Both the position numbers and the translations under genes were made by a program. Below are positions 36,032 to 45,993 of a DNA stretch of 53,958 bases, piece by piece (the first letter of the stretch is position 1; each line of letters begins with the position of its first letter). Below the pieces are notes generated by a model. The model made no database searches, was not told where the DNA came from, and saw only the letters and a program-made list of their open reading frames with translations. This DNA is from a virus. Taxonomy: Duplodnaviria > Caudoviricetes. The stretch spans positions 1 through 53,958 of the IMG/VR virus record IMGVR_UViG_3300024429_000008. One strand, written 5' to 3'.

Positions 36032-37327
36032 ATGGGGACGTATGAACCAATAGATGTTGCCCGTGGAGCTGCGGGAATGGGGCCACAAGCGATCCCCGCA
36101 GCGGAGATAATGCCCGCCGCCCTCGCCGGTGCTGGGGGAGCCCTACCCGGAGCGGAAGTTGGGGCTATGACCCTCAATATTGAACAACCCATGATGGACG
36201 CGGCGGAGTGGTACGAGGTCTGGATGGGGCGAGTAAGTGTTGAGGAGAGGAAGGAGATACTGAAGCGGATCATGGTAGAGGAAGGAGTCTCCGAGGAGTG
36301 GCTAAAGAGATTCGATCAGACTGGGAAGAAGTTACTCCGAGGTGGTCGATCCAATGCTATGAGGCTCACCCGTGGCCTGAGTCAGGCCCAGAAGGCAGCT
36401 TATACCCTCAATTGGGATCTCGCCCAACGATTCCGTGGCAAAGGGGGTATCCCAGTAGCAACCCACGACGCCTACGCCAAGAAGATCCTGTCTCTGCTGA
36501 GGAAGACTCCTGGTGTACCCAAGGAGTACCTGGCTTCACTAGGGAAGCTGACCCCAGAGGCCCTCCGGAAAGCTGGACCTTTGCAGGCCCTTAGCACCTT
36601 AGAGACAGCCCGCCCCAACACTGCCGTTGGGAGCATATGGAGATGGTTTCTCCAAGGTCGAGAGATTGGGAAGCCCCCCGAGCGTCTCGCCAAGGAAACC
36701 CGAGATGTTTTGGGTCAGTTGTTAGGTGAAGCCCCCGAAGTAGCAGAGACAGGGGCACCAGCTCCAGCCAAGACGAAAGTGGGTCGAGCAATGCAGAAGG
36801 TGGGGGAGTTGGGTAAGAAGGCTACTCGCCGTGTTTCTGCTGGACAGGGTCTACCTCCCTCAAGTCCAGCAGCCGTGGGAGCCCTACGGGGGGCTGGTGT
36901 TAAGGGTATGGGTCGGGCAGCGATGGGTCTGGCGAAGATGGGGGGTCTCGGCCCACTTGTCGGGATGGCCGCGTTGGCTCATACGGCCCACGGGGCTATG
37001 ACGGAAGGCCATTATAAGGCTCGGGATATGTATGAAGCCTGGTCGAAGGGGCAAGGGATGGCTAACCCATCTGAGTCCCTATTGCGGGACTTCCTCAACA
37101 AGAAGGACAACATCTCTAGGCGGCGTGCCATGCTCCAGAAAGATCCTGAGATGCTTCAGAAAGTCGTCCAGGCTATCGCGGAGAGTGGACCCCAGAGTCC
37201 TTATACGGCTAGCGAGATACCTTTGGGGCAGGTGGCTCAAGGACCTGGTCGGGGTCAAGGCCGAGGGAACACAGAGGATCTCGATGCTATCTTAGGAGCG
37301 TTCTTGTCACAACTTGGGGAGGTATAG
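36032..37327 (+). CDS. Putative internal virion protein
   Basis: ATG at 36032 after AGGGGAG; Gly/Ala-rich amphipathic segments; basic. Confidence 0.55.
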   Translation: MGTYEPIDVARGAAGMGPQAIPAAEIMPAALAGAGGALPGAEVGAMTLNIEQPMMDAAEWYEVWMGRVSVEERKEILKRIMVEEGVSEEWLKRFDQTGKKLLRGGRSNAMRLTRGLSQAQKAAYTLNWDLAQRFRGKGGIPVATHDAYAKKILSLLRKTPGVPKEYLASLGKLTPEALRKAGPLQALSTLETARPNTAVGSIWRWFLQGREIGKPPERLAKETRDVLGQLLGEAPEVAETGAPAPAKTKVGRAMQKVGELGKKATRRVSAGQGLPPSSPAAVGALRGAGVKGMGRAAMGLAKMGGLGPLVGMAALAHTAHGAMTEGHYKARDMYEAWSKGQGMANPSESLLRDFLNKKDNISRRRAMLQKDPEMLQKVVQAIAESGPQSPYTASEIPLGQVAQGPGRGQGRGNTEDLDAILGAFLSQLGEV

Positions 37328-37328
37328 G

Positions 37329-40300
37329 ATGGGGAGTCAGATCGGATCCCCGGGCCTCTTGGAGCGACCGGGCCTCGCTACTCGCAATCTTCTAGTTGGG
37401 GATTATGAATCTGCCTTTGAGGCAATGTTTCAGCCCCAGAACCTCACACCCAAACAGCGTGATGCCTTCCTGGCTGACCACGGTTTGGATAAGGGTCCCT
37501 GGCGTCACGTCTTTACGGCTCTAACTAATCCTATCCTCATAATATCTCTGGCTGTAGCCTACAAGTTCCCAGTAGCATCTGCTAAGAATATGTTTGCTGT
37601 TAAGGACCGCATTGCCGCCATGTCCCAGCGGCTCCCTTTCATGGGAAAATTAGCCTCCATGCAGGCTCTATTCCGAGGGACGGGAGTTCCGGAGGCTTAT
37701 GGGGGCGTGGTTCGGGACGTATGGGATTTTCGCTCTGGGTATTCGGAGATGATGTCATCGGTCCTACAGAAATTCCAGAAACAAGTAGGTCGTTTACCTA
37801 CGCAGAGGGAACAATATGTAGTATCGGCTTGGCTGGACGGATTACACAAGCCCCTCCGGGGTTGGAAAGGAGAGAAAGGATTAGTCACTATTGGGAAGGC
37901 AGCGAGTCGGTACGTAGTGCCAGAGGTAGGTGCTCTCATGCCGGGCCTGGAAGCCAAGATGGGTCAGCCACTCCTCCAGTTGGGGCGGGACTTCCGGGGT
38001 ATCTTGGATGATATGTGGGGAAAGACCTATGGATCCATCCAGAATCGCACACAGCTTATGCGGACCATCCAGAGGCTGGAGAAGAAAGGGACAGTTGATG
38101 AGTTGACTCTGGCCATGAGGCAGTATATTCAGGACCCGACGAAGCCTATGGATTACTTCCCACACCGGATGATGCAGAACGAAGAGGATTTCCGGAAGCT
38201 GATGGAGGCCATGACTACCCCAGCAGGGGTCCGTGCGTTCGCGGGGCAGGCCGGGCGGAAAACTACCAAGTGGGTTGGGACCGAAGCCATGAAGCGGAAG
38301 TTCGCTATGAACCCTTCCGTTCAAGAACTGAAACAGCTCGGGCCAGAGCTAGTGGACCCTCATGCCTTGGAACGGATGGAAGACATCATCAAGTATCGAA
38401 CTCTGGCGGCTGCCCGGTCCTCGGGGAAGTTCGCTGATGGCACCCTCAAGAAGATGGAGAAGCTGACCCTGGGACAGATTCAAGAACACTACCCTACTCA
38501 GATGAGCCGAGTTGAGGCTCAGGAATTCTCAGGGTTACTATCCGAATCCCGACCAGCTCCATACAGCCTGAAGCTCCTCCCGGTTATGTCCGAATACACT
38601 CACACCTCTGGTAGTATGTATGCCTGGACCACGAAAGCGGGGGCAGATAAGTTGAGTGGGGGAGAACGGTTGTCAAATCTCGTGGATGAACTGAAGACTG
38701 TTCATAAGACAACGGGGTCTGCTGCCGCTGGGATGCGAGTCGATATGCTGGAGAATACTTACATCCCTATGGCCCTAGGGAGGGGAACCTTCCGATCAGC
38801 ACTCAAAGCCCAGCATTGGGATCAGGGGATGTATCGATTGGGAGTATGGATCAAGAATCCAAAGGTCGAACGGATATTCGGAAAGAAGCTAACCGATACC
38901 CTAGCGAAGCAATTGACGGAAGCTCATGGAGCATTCTCCTACATTAACTTGAACCAACAAGCAGCGGGTTATTTCTATCTATCAACCCTGGGTATGAACC
39001 CAGCTTCGGCCATGAAGAATCTTCTGCAATTGGTACTCACGACAGGTCCGACCCTAGGTACGGGAACCACCATTGCTGGTATCAATTCGGCCATGCGGAA
39101 GTCCCACAAGTATTTTGCGGGGAGGTTGGGGCCCCGGCAGCTGGGCCACGATGAAGCTGTCCGATTTGCATTCCCAGAGTATGGAAAGTCCGGGCTCGCG
39201 GCATCCCCTATCATGGACCAAGTGCTACAGAATACCCTTCAGAACGCTGGCAACATAGCTGCTCTCCCAACCGGAGGAGTAACTAATATCAGCAAGAAAA
39301 TCTCTCGGGCTATGATGTCCCTCTTTACGGCCTCGGAGAATGCAGTGCGGCTCTCGACGTGGGAGGCTGGACTCATTCATGCTAAGCGGGCTCGGATGCC
39401 GATGGCGGATGCTACTAAGTTCGCGGCTCGGCTCGTTGAGGAGACTCAATTTCTGACTGGGCCCCAGAACACTCCATATTGGTTGGTAGATAAGGCTCCC
39501 TTAGTCCGACAGCTGGCCCAATTCCCTCTGCGGTTCCTGGAGTTTGCTACCCATACTGCCTTTAACCTGGGTGTAACGGAGATCGACCCTGTCTCTGGTA
39601 AGGCTCGGAACCTGTTGGGTAAGAATCCGGGGACTTTTGCCCGCATGATAGCAGGGTCTATAATCGCTATGGAGTTGGGCAATGCTGTTGGGGTGGACCT
39701 CGAACAGGCTCTCATCAGTGGAGCCATGCCAACCTTCCAAGAAGGGAGAGAGGGAGCTTTTGGAGGTTTTCCCATAATTCCTCCTGCCTTCCAGGTGGCA
39801 GGTAACATTGCTATGGGAGTGACGACAGGGGATTTCACAGAGGCGATGCGAACCACCCCCCTCTTGATTCCGGGTGGAGTAGGAACCTTCCGGGCCATGG
39901 GCCTGATCCCAGGGGTCCCGTTTGATCTCGGGCAGCGAGCTAGTCAACTCTTTGAGCGGACTTATGCGGACTACAAACAGCCTGCCCCAGACGGCCGGAT
40001 AGCCGTGTACTCGGGGGCAGATACACTTAGAGGATTCTATAGCCCCTGGGAACTTGTGAAGCAGGGCATCGGTATCCGTTCTGGTGACATGCGATCCGAA
40101 CAAGAGTTGCTTTCCCTCCTCGTCAAGAATCGAGATTCTATTCGGGATGCTCGCAAGAGTTTCCTGGATGCCCGTCTACAGAACAATGCATCCGGAGCCC
40201 AATCAATAGCGGAGCGGTTTGAAAAGCAATTCGGCTTCGTCCTTCCAGTGACAGAGCAGGATCTGGAGGCGATGCAGGTCCGTCGCCGGGTGACGAGGTT

Positions 40301-40589
40301 AGAGCAGGTGGTCCGGACTCTTCCCCCCGGGGACATTCGGGATCACTACATCCAGCTAATTTCTTCCACTCTTGGAGCCTCTGGTCAAGCTCTATTAGGA
40401 ATAGATCCAATGCTTCTTGGCGAAGCGAAGCCGACTCGTGAAGCTGCCCGCCAACCTTCCGGAGCAGGCCCCATCTCCGGTCCAGCAGCCAACCCGCGAG
40501 GTCCCTACCGAACTGGGCCATTCGATCAAGTAAATCCTCGAACTGTAGGCAGGCAGCCATTACCCCCCACCTCCAGGTTTGGTTTCTGA
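37329..40589 (+). CDS. Large internal virion / ejection protein (large-polyvalent-protein-like)
   Basis: 1086 aa; LGMNPASAMKNLLQ, SENAVRL, ETQF...QFPLRF patterns typical of the C-terminal regions of podovirus ejection proteins. Confidence 0.62.
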   Translation: MGSQIGSPGLLERPGLATRNLLVGDYESAFEAMFQPQNLTPKQRDAFLADHGLDKGPWRHVFTALTNPILIISLAVAYKFPVASAKNMFAVKDRIAAMSQRLPFMGKLASMQALFRGTGVPEAYGGVVRDVWDFRSGYSEMMSSVLQKFQKQVGRLPTQREQYVVSAWLDGLHKPLRGWKGEKGLVTIGKAASRYVVPEVGALMPGLEAKMGQPLLQLGRDFRGILDDMWGKTYGSIQNRTQLMRTIQRLEKKGTVDELTLAMRQYIQDPTKPMDYFPHRMMQNEEDFRKLMEAMTTPAGVRAFAGQAGRKTTKWVGTEAMKRKFAMNPSVQELKQLGPELVDPHALERMEDIIKYRTLAAARSSGKFADGTLKKMEKLTLGQIQEHYPTQMSRVEAQEFSGLLSESRPAPYSLKLLPVMSEYTHTSGSMYAWTTKAGADKLSGGERLSNLVDELKTVHKTTGSAAAGMRVDMLENTYIPMALGRGTFRSALKAQHWDQGMYRLGVWIKNPKVERIFGKKLTDTLAKQLTEAHGAFSYINLNQQAAGYFYLSTLGMNPASAMKNLLQLVLTTGPTLGTGTTIAGINSAMRKSHKYFAGRLGPRQLGHDEAVRFAFPEYGKSGLAASPIMDQVLQNTLQNAGNIAALPTGGVTNISKKISRAMMSLFTASENAVRLSTWEAGLIHAKRARMPMADATKFAARLVEETQFLTGPQNTPYWLVDKAPLVRQLAQFPLRFLEFATHTAFNLGVTEIDPVSGKARNLLGKNPGTFARMIAGSIIAMELGNAVGVDLEQALISGAMPTFQEGREGAFGGFPIIPPAFQVAGNIAMGVTTGDFTEAMRTTPLLIPGGVGTFRAMGLIPGVPFDLGQRASQLFERTYADYKQPAPDGRIAVYSGADTLRGFYSPWELVKQGIGIRSGDMRSEQELLSLLVKNRDSIRDARKSFLDARLQNNASGAQSIAERFEKQFGFVLPVTEQDLEAMQVRRRVTRLEQVVRTLPPGDIRDHYIQLISSTLGASGQALLGIDPMLLGEAKPTREAARQPSGAGPISGPAANPRGPYRTGPFDQVNPRTVGRQPLPPTSRFGF

Positions 40590-40910
40590 TAAACCCTGTC
40601 CAGCGGAGAATTGAACGGACAAGTCCCCATGCCGTGCCAAAGCTCCATCTTCATAGGGAGCCAACCAACGTCGATAGAACTCAGCCTTGACGCACTCCAG
40701 TACGCCCATTAAAGTGTTGCCCCGGTAGTATTGCCGCCCCTTAGCCCATAATTTCACCAGTAGAGAAGACAACACATAGTTCAACTCTCCTGGAGCGAAG
40801 GCGGCAGGAGTACCCAAGTCGGCGTCAGAGGAATCCCACACCAGAGTCTCAACCAGCTGGTTGACCAGCTCGTCATACCGTTTTCTATGTTGTTGGGGAA
40901 TGTAAGGCAT
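40560..40910 (-). CDS. Conserved phage hypothetical protein (DUF6899-like)
   Basis: MPYI...GELNY...GVLECVKAEFYRR..APYED...HGD. Confidence 0.65.
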   Translation of the reverse strand: MPYIPQQHRKRYDELVNQLVETLVWDSSDADLGTPAAFAPGELNYVLSSLLVKLWAKGRQYYRGNTLMGVLECVKAEFYRRWLAPYEDGALARHGDLSVQFSAGQGLSETKPGGGG

Positions 40911-40920
40911 CTATTTTCTC

Positions 40921-41412
40921 CTAAGAGTTCTCTTCTATCACTCGCCTACCTCGTGGTGTCAACTCGAAGCAGAGACAGGATCGGTTCCCAGCTACCACCT
41001 TCTCAGGCAACGAGCGAATCCAACCCTGGTCTCGCAGTCGGGACATCAATGAGGACAGACTCATCTGTTCAAGACGGAATTTGGTGGCCAATCTCGATAC
41101 AGGCTGGGGTCCATTCCGCAATTCGTCCATGATCGTCTTGGTACGTCCGCCGTATGAATAGGTGGGCTGCCCATTTTGCCACACGGGTACGACACCACCG
41201 TACTCTTGACCCACCCATACTATGACCTTCCGGCCCTTGGGGCTCTTCCGTCGGGTCTGGCTATCCAGAATCAACTCGTCTTTGCAGAGCCGGGTGAAGC
41301 AAGGGTACACGGTCTGAGGCAAGTTGCCTGTCTCTGCCACTGCTTCAAATGCTGTTAAGCCCTTGGGTCCTCGAGCCTGGATCATTTGCAGTACCCTTTT
41401 CTCAACCCCCAT
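40921..41412 (-). CDS. Tandem winged-helix DNA-binding protein
   Basis: Two wHTH units (GLTAFE..TVYPCFTRL..GRKVIVW; GPQPVSRLA..LSSLMSRLRDQGWI..LTPRG). Confidence 0.7.
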   Translation of the reverse strand: MGVEKRVLQMIQARGPKGLTAFEAVAETGNLPQTVYPCFTRLCKDELILDSQTRRKSPKGRKVIVWVGQEYGGVVPVWQNGQPTYSYGGRTKTIMDELRNGPQPVSRLATKFRLEQMSLSSLMSRLRDQGWIRSLPEKVVAGNRSCLCFELTPRGRRVIEENS

Positions 41413-41701
41413 CAGGGACCTCCCTCTCCGTGAAGACTATCATAACGTCTTCCTCCTGCATGACTAGCACAAGTTCATCAGCTATGCACAATGTTGTGAA
41501 ACCATAGTTCAAGAAAACGATCTCGTCCCCGACTTTCAGGGTTTGCACATCAGGACCCGCAATCAGGACGGTCCCAGTCTGTGTGGGTGTCCGAGCCTGG
41601 TCCGGGATCACAATGCCTCCTGCAGATACAGCTTCGGGGTCATCCCGCCTCACCAGGATTCGGTCAGCCAAGGGCTGGGGGTACTTCGTTATCTCGCTCA
41701 T
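41402..41701 (-). CDS. groES: Co-chaperonin GroES (Cpn10)
   Basis: PLADRILV, SAGGIVIP mobile loop, GTVLIAGP, LKVGDEIVF, EEDV. Confidence 0.9.
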   Translation of the reverse strand: MSEITKYPQPLADRILVRRDDPEAVSAGGIVIPDQARTPTQTGTVLIAGPDVQTLKVGDEIVFLNYGFTTLCIADELVLVMQEEDVMIVFTEREVPDGG

Positions 41702-41918
41702 CTATCAATCCTCCAGGATCATAGTCGTCCCAGTCAGGGTCTTCTAACTCCTTGAGTGGGTCGAAATCCTCTTCGAGTTCGGGACGACATATGCACTCGT
41801 CGAGTTCTCGACCACACCCATAACACGGTTCTGCTTTAGGATCAAATACCATCAGGGTCTTCTTCAGCCAATAGCCTATCTCCCTGTAGACGTTCGACTT
41901 CAGCAAGAAGTTCCTCAC
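41664..41918 (-). CDS. Hypothetical protein (CxxC..CxC, acidic)
   Basis: In the - strand operon; true start uncertain. Confidence 0.4.
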   Translation of the reverse strand: MRNFLLKSNVYREIGYWLKKTLMVFDPKAEPCYGCGRELDECICRPELEEDFDPLKELEDPDWDDYDPGGLIDERDNEVPPALG

Positions 41919-42024
41919 GATGCTTCAATGCTAAACATATCCCATCTCGTGCCATCAGCTCACCCAGAGACAGGCTACGAAATTGCTTCACCGTCATACA
42001 TCGTTTCAATTCTTCATCTGTCAT
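41842..42024 (-). CDS. Hypothetical protein
   Basis: ATGA coupling with the upstream gene. Confidence 0.45.
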   Translation of the reverse strand: MTDEELKRCMTVKQFRSLSLGELMARDGICLALKHREELLAEVERLQGDRLLAEEDPDGI

Positions 42025-42548
42025 GGTAACACAATTCTACTTTGGCCTCGCTGACTATCGGCCTCGTGAGGTAATACAATCCTTTTGAGTTTCTCTTGAG
42101 CCTTTTCAGGTTTCACCAGTAGGGTCTTATGTTGGCAGATGAACATGCCCCATGAAGTTCGCTGCCACTCGCATGTCCCTGCCCACTCCCCCAGGGGCAT
42201 AGGGTGGGGTAGCTGCCCCGTGATCCGAGCCTTCACACAAAAGTCCACGGTATAGATCGGGGGAGGAGCACGACCTGGTAAGTACCCCTTGTGGGGGTGC
42301 ATCGTGTGTTGATACCGACAGCTGTACCACTTCCCAGAGAGCCTGATTCCTCGCCCAAAGCATACTCTCAGTAGGGTGAGGTTGCTCACTTCGGGCTCAG
42401 TTTGCTCCAGGGATAGCCGACATCGACCCTTCCTTTTGAAAACAACGAGGTCCTGAGCCATGCGTATACACATATCGACCGGGCCTCCCTCTCGATAGGC
42501 ATGATCGTGCGGTTGAACTGACACCATTATGGGACATGATGACGCCAT
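42021..42548 (-). CDS. Hypothetical protein
   Basis: 175 aa in the - strand operon. Confidence 0.55.
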   Translation of the reverse strand: MASSCPIMVSVQPHDHAYREGGPVDMCIRMAQDLVVFKRKGRCRLSLEQTEPEVSNLTLLRVCFGRGIRLSGKWYSCRYQHTMHPHKGYLPGRAPPPIYTVDFCVKARITGQLPHPMPLGEWAGTCEWQRTSWGMFICQHKTLLVKPEKAQEKLKRIVLPHEADSQRGQSRIVLP

Positions 42549-42550
42549 AG

Positions 42551-42634
42551 TTACAACTTCCTACCTGTGATTGCGTCCATTATAGCCGCCACGATGAGTA
42601 TTGCACCCAAGATTATCGCTAGATTCACTGACAT
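42551..42634 (-). CDS. 27-aa membrane microprotein
   Basis: MSVNLAIILGAILIVAAIMDAITGRKL; upstream GGAG; below the ORF-track cutoff. Confidence 0.5.
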   Translation of the reverse strand: MSVNLAIILGAILIVAAIMDAITGRKL

Positions 42635-42709
42635 TCCTACTCCATTCCGGAAGGAGGGGGGTTCCCGGGACAAGTCCCGGTTACCCACCCCTCGCCTCCC
42701 TGTCTCTGC

Positions 42710-43183
42710 CTACTCGTCGGAATCGACTCGCCCATTGTACAGGATGTTGAAGTAAGTTCGATTCTCTTTGCCTTTGGTTGCCGTGATGCTCACCTGTAGG
42801 ACCGCTATGGAGTCCTTCGATTCGGTAGCGGCTTTCAGTACTTCAACGGCCTCGGAAAGAGTTTTGATGTTTCGTTCACAAACACACCGGGCCAATACCA
42901 ATAATCCCCTATGGGCATAAATGGTACCGCCGGGCCCACGTGGGAACCAGAAGGAATCTGTGAAGGATTCCCCTTCCTTCTCTCCTACCAGGATCTCCAT
43001 TGTGATCTTGGCTACGCCGGTCTCGACATCTCGGGCAATGACTTTATCCATGTGAAACTTTGTGAGTGCGACAGTGTATTCTCCCACTCCAATCTCGGAC
43101 GCCTTGCGGGTGAGATCTACATCATTCGCGAACTGCTCGTACTCAGCTACAACATCCAGGAACCCAGCTTCGTCACGACTCAT
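42710..43183 (-). CDS. Putative single-stranded DNA-binding protein (DUF669-like OB fold)
   Basis: GEYTVAL..., MEILVGEKEG; immediately downstream of the Sak4-like ATPase. Confidence 0.65.
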   Translation of the reverse strand: MSRDEAGFLDVVAEYEQFANDVDLTRKASEIGVGEYTVALTKFHMDKVIARDVETGVAKITMEILVGEKEGESFTDSFWFPRGPGGTIYAHRGLLVLARCVCERNIKTLSEAVEVLKAATESKDSIAVLQVSITATKGKENRTYFNILYNGRVDSDE

Positions 43184-44073
43184 TTCTTTTCTCCAGTAAG
43201 TTCTTGGACAGCTGTCTCATACGCCTGAGACAAGGATGCCCAACCTCCTATTTTAGGTACAACGGTCTTATCAGGGAAGGGAACTCGGATCTTAACGTCA
43301 TTGGTTGTTTCCCCTTTCCAAACTCCTCCGGGGATAGTCCTTAGAACCCTTATCACTTCTTTCTTTGTTTCGCCTGGGATCTCAACGATTTTTCCCAATA
43401 CTGCCTTCTTGATTCCAGGTTCCACCCAAGTCCTCGAGGCGAATTCCATGAACAGCATGTGCTCGCACTCCCGACGAATGGCAATGGCGAATGAATCCGA
43501 AACAGCCAAGGACTGGATTATCTTTGTTTCCCCTCCAACCTGCTTCGTCTTAGGAGTCACATGGGCCAGCATCGTCCAACCAAGTCCGGCTCGATGAGCA
43601 CTGTCTAGGATACCAAAGACCTCCTTTCGCACGATGGTGTAGGCATTACCATTCCCATCTTTGTACTCCAAAGGGTCATCGATATTGTGGTTCAGGCAGA
43701 AGTCTCGCAGGAAGATATCAATGAGCTTGTCAATGGTATCAATGCCCAGCATCTCTATGTCCGTCTTGCCACTACGCTTACGCCCGATGATCTTCTCTGC
43801 CATTTCCCTGTAGGCAGCGGCTTGTTTCCCTGGCGGGACAGACTTGGGAACCACGTAAACACCTGCTTGGGGATCATCCACCGTGTTACCTCCACCCTCT
43901 GTGTCCAGGATGAATGCACGTGGATTGCTGTGCAGGATAGTGGACTTACCACAACCTGGTCTACCGACGAAAACATAGCGTCCCTCGTTTGCAGAGACAG
44001 GGGCGAAACCCTGGTGGACTCCCGGCATGGCCAAAAGGTCCTTAGCTAGAGGGCTAGTGATGGTACTACTCAT
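43180..44073 (-). CDS. Sak4-like / AAA_24 P-loop ATPase (recombinase)
   Basis: GRPGCGKST, ILDTEGG, IDTID, LAH. Confidence 0.8.
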   Translation of the reverse strand: MSSTITSPLAKDLLAMPGVHQGFAPVSANEGRYVFVGRPGCGKSTILHSNPRAFILDTEGGGNTVDDPQAGVYVVPKSVPPGKQAAAYREMAEKIIGRKRSGKTDIEMLGIDTIDKLIDIFLRDFCLNHNIDDPLEYKDGNGNAYTIVRKEVFGILDSAHRAGLGWTMLAHVTPKTKQVGGETKIIQSLAVSDSFAIAIRRECEHMLFMEFASRTWVEPGIKKAVLGKIVEIPGETKKEVIRVLRTIPGGVWKGETTNDVKIRVPFPDKTVVPKIGGWASLSQAYETAVQELTGEKK

Positions 44074-44085
44074 AGCTCAATCCTC

Positions 44086-45276
44086 CTAGTTGTAATCCCG
44101 AGTTTCCTCGTCTTCTTCATCTTCTCGGAACTTGATTTCAAATCGACGGTTCACTTCTTCCTCCCATGTGATGGGATCACTAGAGCACAATCCGGAGAAG
44201 GGACACTCACTGTTGAAGGTCTGGCAAGCATAGTCTCCGGCCCGGAAGAATCGCTCCAGGTTGGAATTCGCCCGACAGGCTCTAGCTGTCTGTTGCAGGC
44301 GGAGGTACAGCTCCTTGCTGAGCGTTGGACTCGTGAAGGCTGTGGCTGTCTGCAAGATGGGAGAGTTCTTCTCGTCCTTTGCGTGTTCGTCCCTGTACCA
44401 CTCGTGGATACGCTCAATGTAGTGATTGAAGCCTTCCTTGTCCTTCGTTTTGGGACAATACTTGATCGTTGGCTTCCTTACAATGTTGTGGATGGAGCCC
44501 ATGACCCTGTAGTGGGGGTACTCTGGAGAGGACTCGGCCCAGGCATCTAGGTGGCATTGCAGGACCAGCCGGTACAGAGCAATCTGGGAAGAAATACGGA
44601 CTGACCGTGCTCGTGCCATCGTCTTCATGGAAGTTGTCTTATGGTCAATGATCCATACGTCTCCCGTGGACTTCTTCACGAGGGCCAGGTCGCAAGGGGA
44701 TACCAATGGGACGGAAATGCCACAGACCTTGGCTTCCAGTTTCAGCTCGATGCAGGGCAGGCCGTCTGGAGTCTCCAGGATTTCCCACTCCTCCCAGTTA
44801 AAGGGAACGAAATCCATGAAAGCTACAGCCATTGCCCGTGCTTTATGGAAATCATCCTCCATGGTTTGGAGTACTGATGTCACCATCTTACCAGATGGAG
44901 TAAATCCAGCCGGGTCAGCTGATGCCAATACTTCATTGGACATCTTGTTCAAGGTCTTGTTGGCTGCCTGCAATGCCTTGTCTCTGCTCTCTCCAGAAAA
45001 CAAGGCTTGCAGAACCAAGTGGAAGACACGACCAAGGGATAGGGAGGACACATACTCCCTGGGATGTAAGCCCAGCTTGTAGAGATACATGAACTTCCTT
45101 GGGCAATGCTCCAGCTCGTGCATAGCCGACGACCGGATGGTTGGCATACGGATGTCAGTAAACAAATCCTTGAGACACTCCGGCAGAGTCTGACCCTGGC
45201 AGCTGCCAGGATGCTCGAAGATACCCACTGAGTCAGAACACGGGGGGTCAATTTTACATTCAGCTACGTCAGGCAT
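44086..45276 (-). CDS. PD-(D/E)XK (RecB/Cas4-like) exonuclease
   Basis: CPRKF..Y, GRVFH, DL..IIDHKT, QIALY, C-terminal C..C..C; start at 45276. Confidence 0.82.
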   Translation of the reverse strand: MPDVAECKIDPPCSDSVGIFEHPGSCQGQTLPECLKDLFTDIRMPTIRSSAMHELEHCPRKFMYLYKLGLHPREYVSSLSLGRVFHLVLQALFSGESRDKALQAANKTLNKMSNEVLASADPAGFTPSGKMVTSVLQTMEDDFHKARAMAVAFMDFVPFNWEEWEILETPDGLPCIELKLEAKVCGISVPLVSPCDLALVKKSTGDVWIIDHKTTSMKTMARARSVRISSQIALYRLVLQCHLDAWAESSPEYPHYRVMGSIHNIVRKPTIKYCPKTKDKEGFNHYIERIHEWYRDEHAKDEKNSPILQTATAFTSPTLSKELYLRLQQTARACRANSNLERFFRAGDYACQTFNSECPFSGLCSSDPITWEEEVNRRFEIKFREDEEDEETRDYN

Positions 45277-45805
45277 CTTTTTGTTTTTCCTTCCAAAATC
45301 TTTCTGTGTGACATTCTCGGCATATCCGAACCTCCCAAACGACGCCCCGTACTTCCTGTGTGCGAAGCAATTGGGCAGAAGAACAACCACAACCGGGGCA
45401 GTTGTCCCTCGCTCTATTTTTAGGCTCGGTTTTGTCGGGAGTCAAGTTTTTTCTGAAAAATTCCCTCTGCTGTCCTCGGTCGTCCCACTTGAAAGGTTCT
45501 CTCTCTTGAAAGTACATGATGGCCATGGCATTAAAGACGATTGCAGCGAGGTGATCCTCGTCGTCCTCTCCCATGACGAACTGCTGTAAGTGGCGATGAA
45601 GGCTGGACAAGAATCGGGTAAAGGGCATACCCTTGGCCCAGTTCCAGTCCCCATAGTGCTCTGCACCCTTGGTGTAGAGATCTGCTACCCTTCGCAGAGA
45701 CAGGGCAGGGATCAATTCATAGCGGGGCTTCCCTTCTTGGCTATCCCGGTGGGCTCCGGAAGTGAATGTCTCCTTCTCCCCTGATTGTTTTAGCTGATAA
45801 TCCAT
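45269..45805 (-). CDS. dATP/dGTP diphosphohydrolase-domain protein (DUF5664)
   Basis: SGAHRD..GKPRYELIP, GAEHYGDWNWAKG, RHL, EDHLAAIVFN; C-terminal CxxC..CxxC. Confidence 0.8.
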   Translation of the reverse strand: MDYQLKQSGEKETFTSGAHRDSQEGKPRYELIPALSLRRVADLYTKGAEHYGDWNWAKGMPFTRFLSSLHRHLQQFVMGEDDEDHLAAIVFNAMAIMYFQEREPFKWDDRGQQREFFRKNLTPDKTEPKNRARDNCPGCGCSSAQLLRTQEVRGVVWEVRICRECHTERFWKEKQKDA

Positions 45806-45807
45806 GA

Positions 45808-45993
45808 TTATACCTCCTCTCCGGTCAACCTATGGATGACCTTCATTCGATCTCGCAACCGTAGGACCTCAGCGTAGAGGCAGCGAGGGCACCGCCATTT
45901 TCCGAGTTCATGTTCGAATAATCCAAAGAGATGTCCGCAACGATCACAGACAGGCTGTGTGAGGTCTTTCCAAGACATAATTAACTCCTCCAA
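45808..45993 (-). CDS. Small zinc-finger protein
   Basis: CDRCG...CPRC. Confidence 0.5.
   Translation of the reverse strand: MEELIMSWKDLTQPVCDRCGHLFGLFEHELGKWRCPRCLYAEVLRLRDRMKVIHRLTGEEV

Noticed and set aside
44086-45276. Cas4-like nuclease as a sign of a CRISPR system
   Set aside because: It lies in the standard phage nuclease, Sak4, SSB recombination module; no array or other cas genes.
45269-45805. Z-genome (2-aminoadenine) pathway
   Set aside because: No PurZ-like adenylosuccinate synthetase paralogue was recognised; the hydrolase alone is insufficient.
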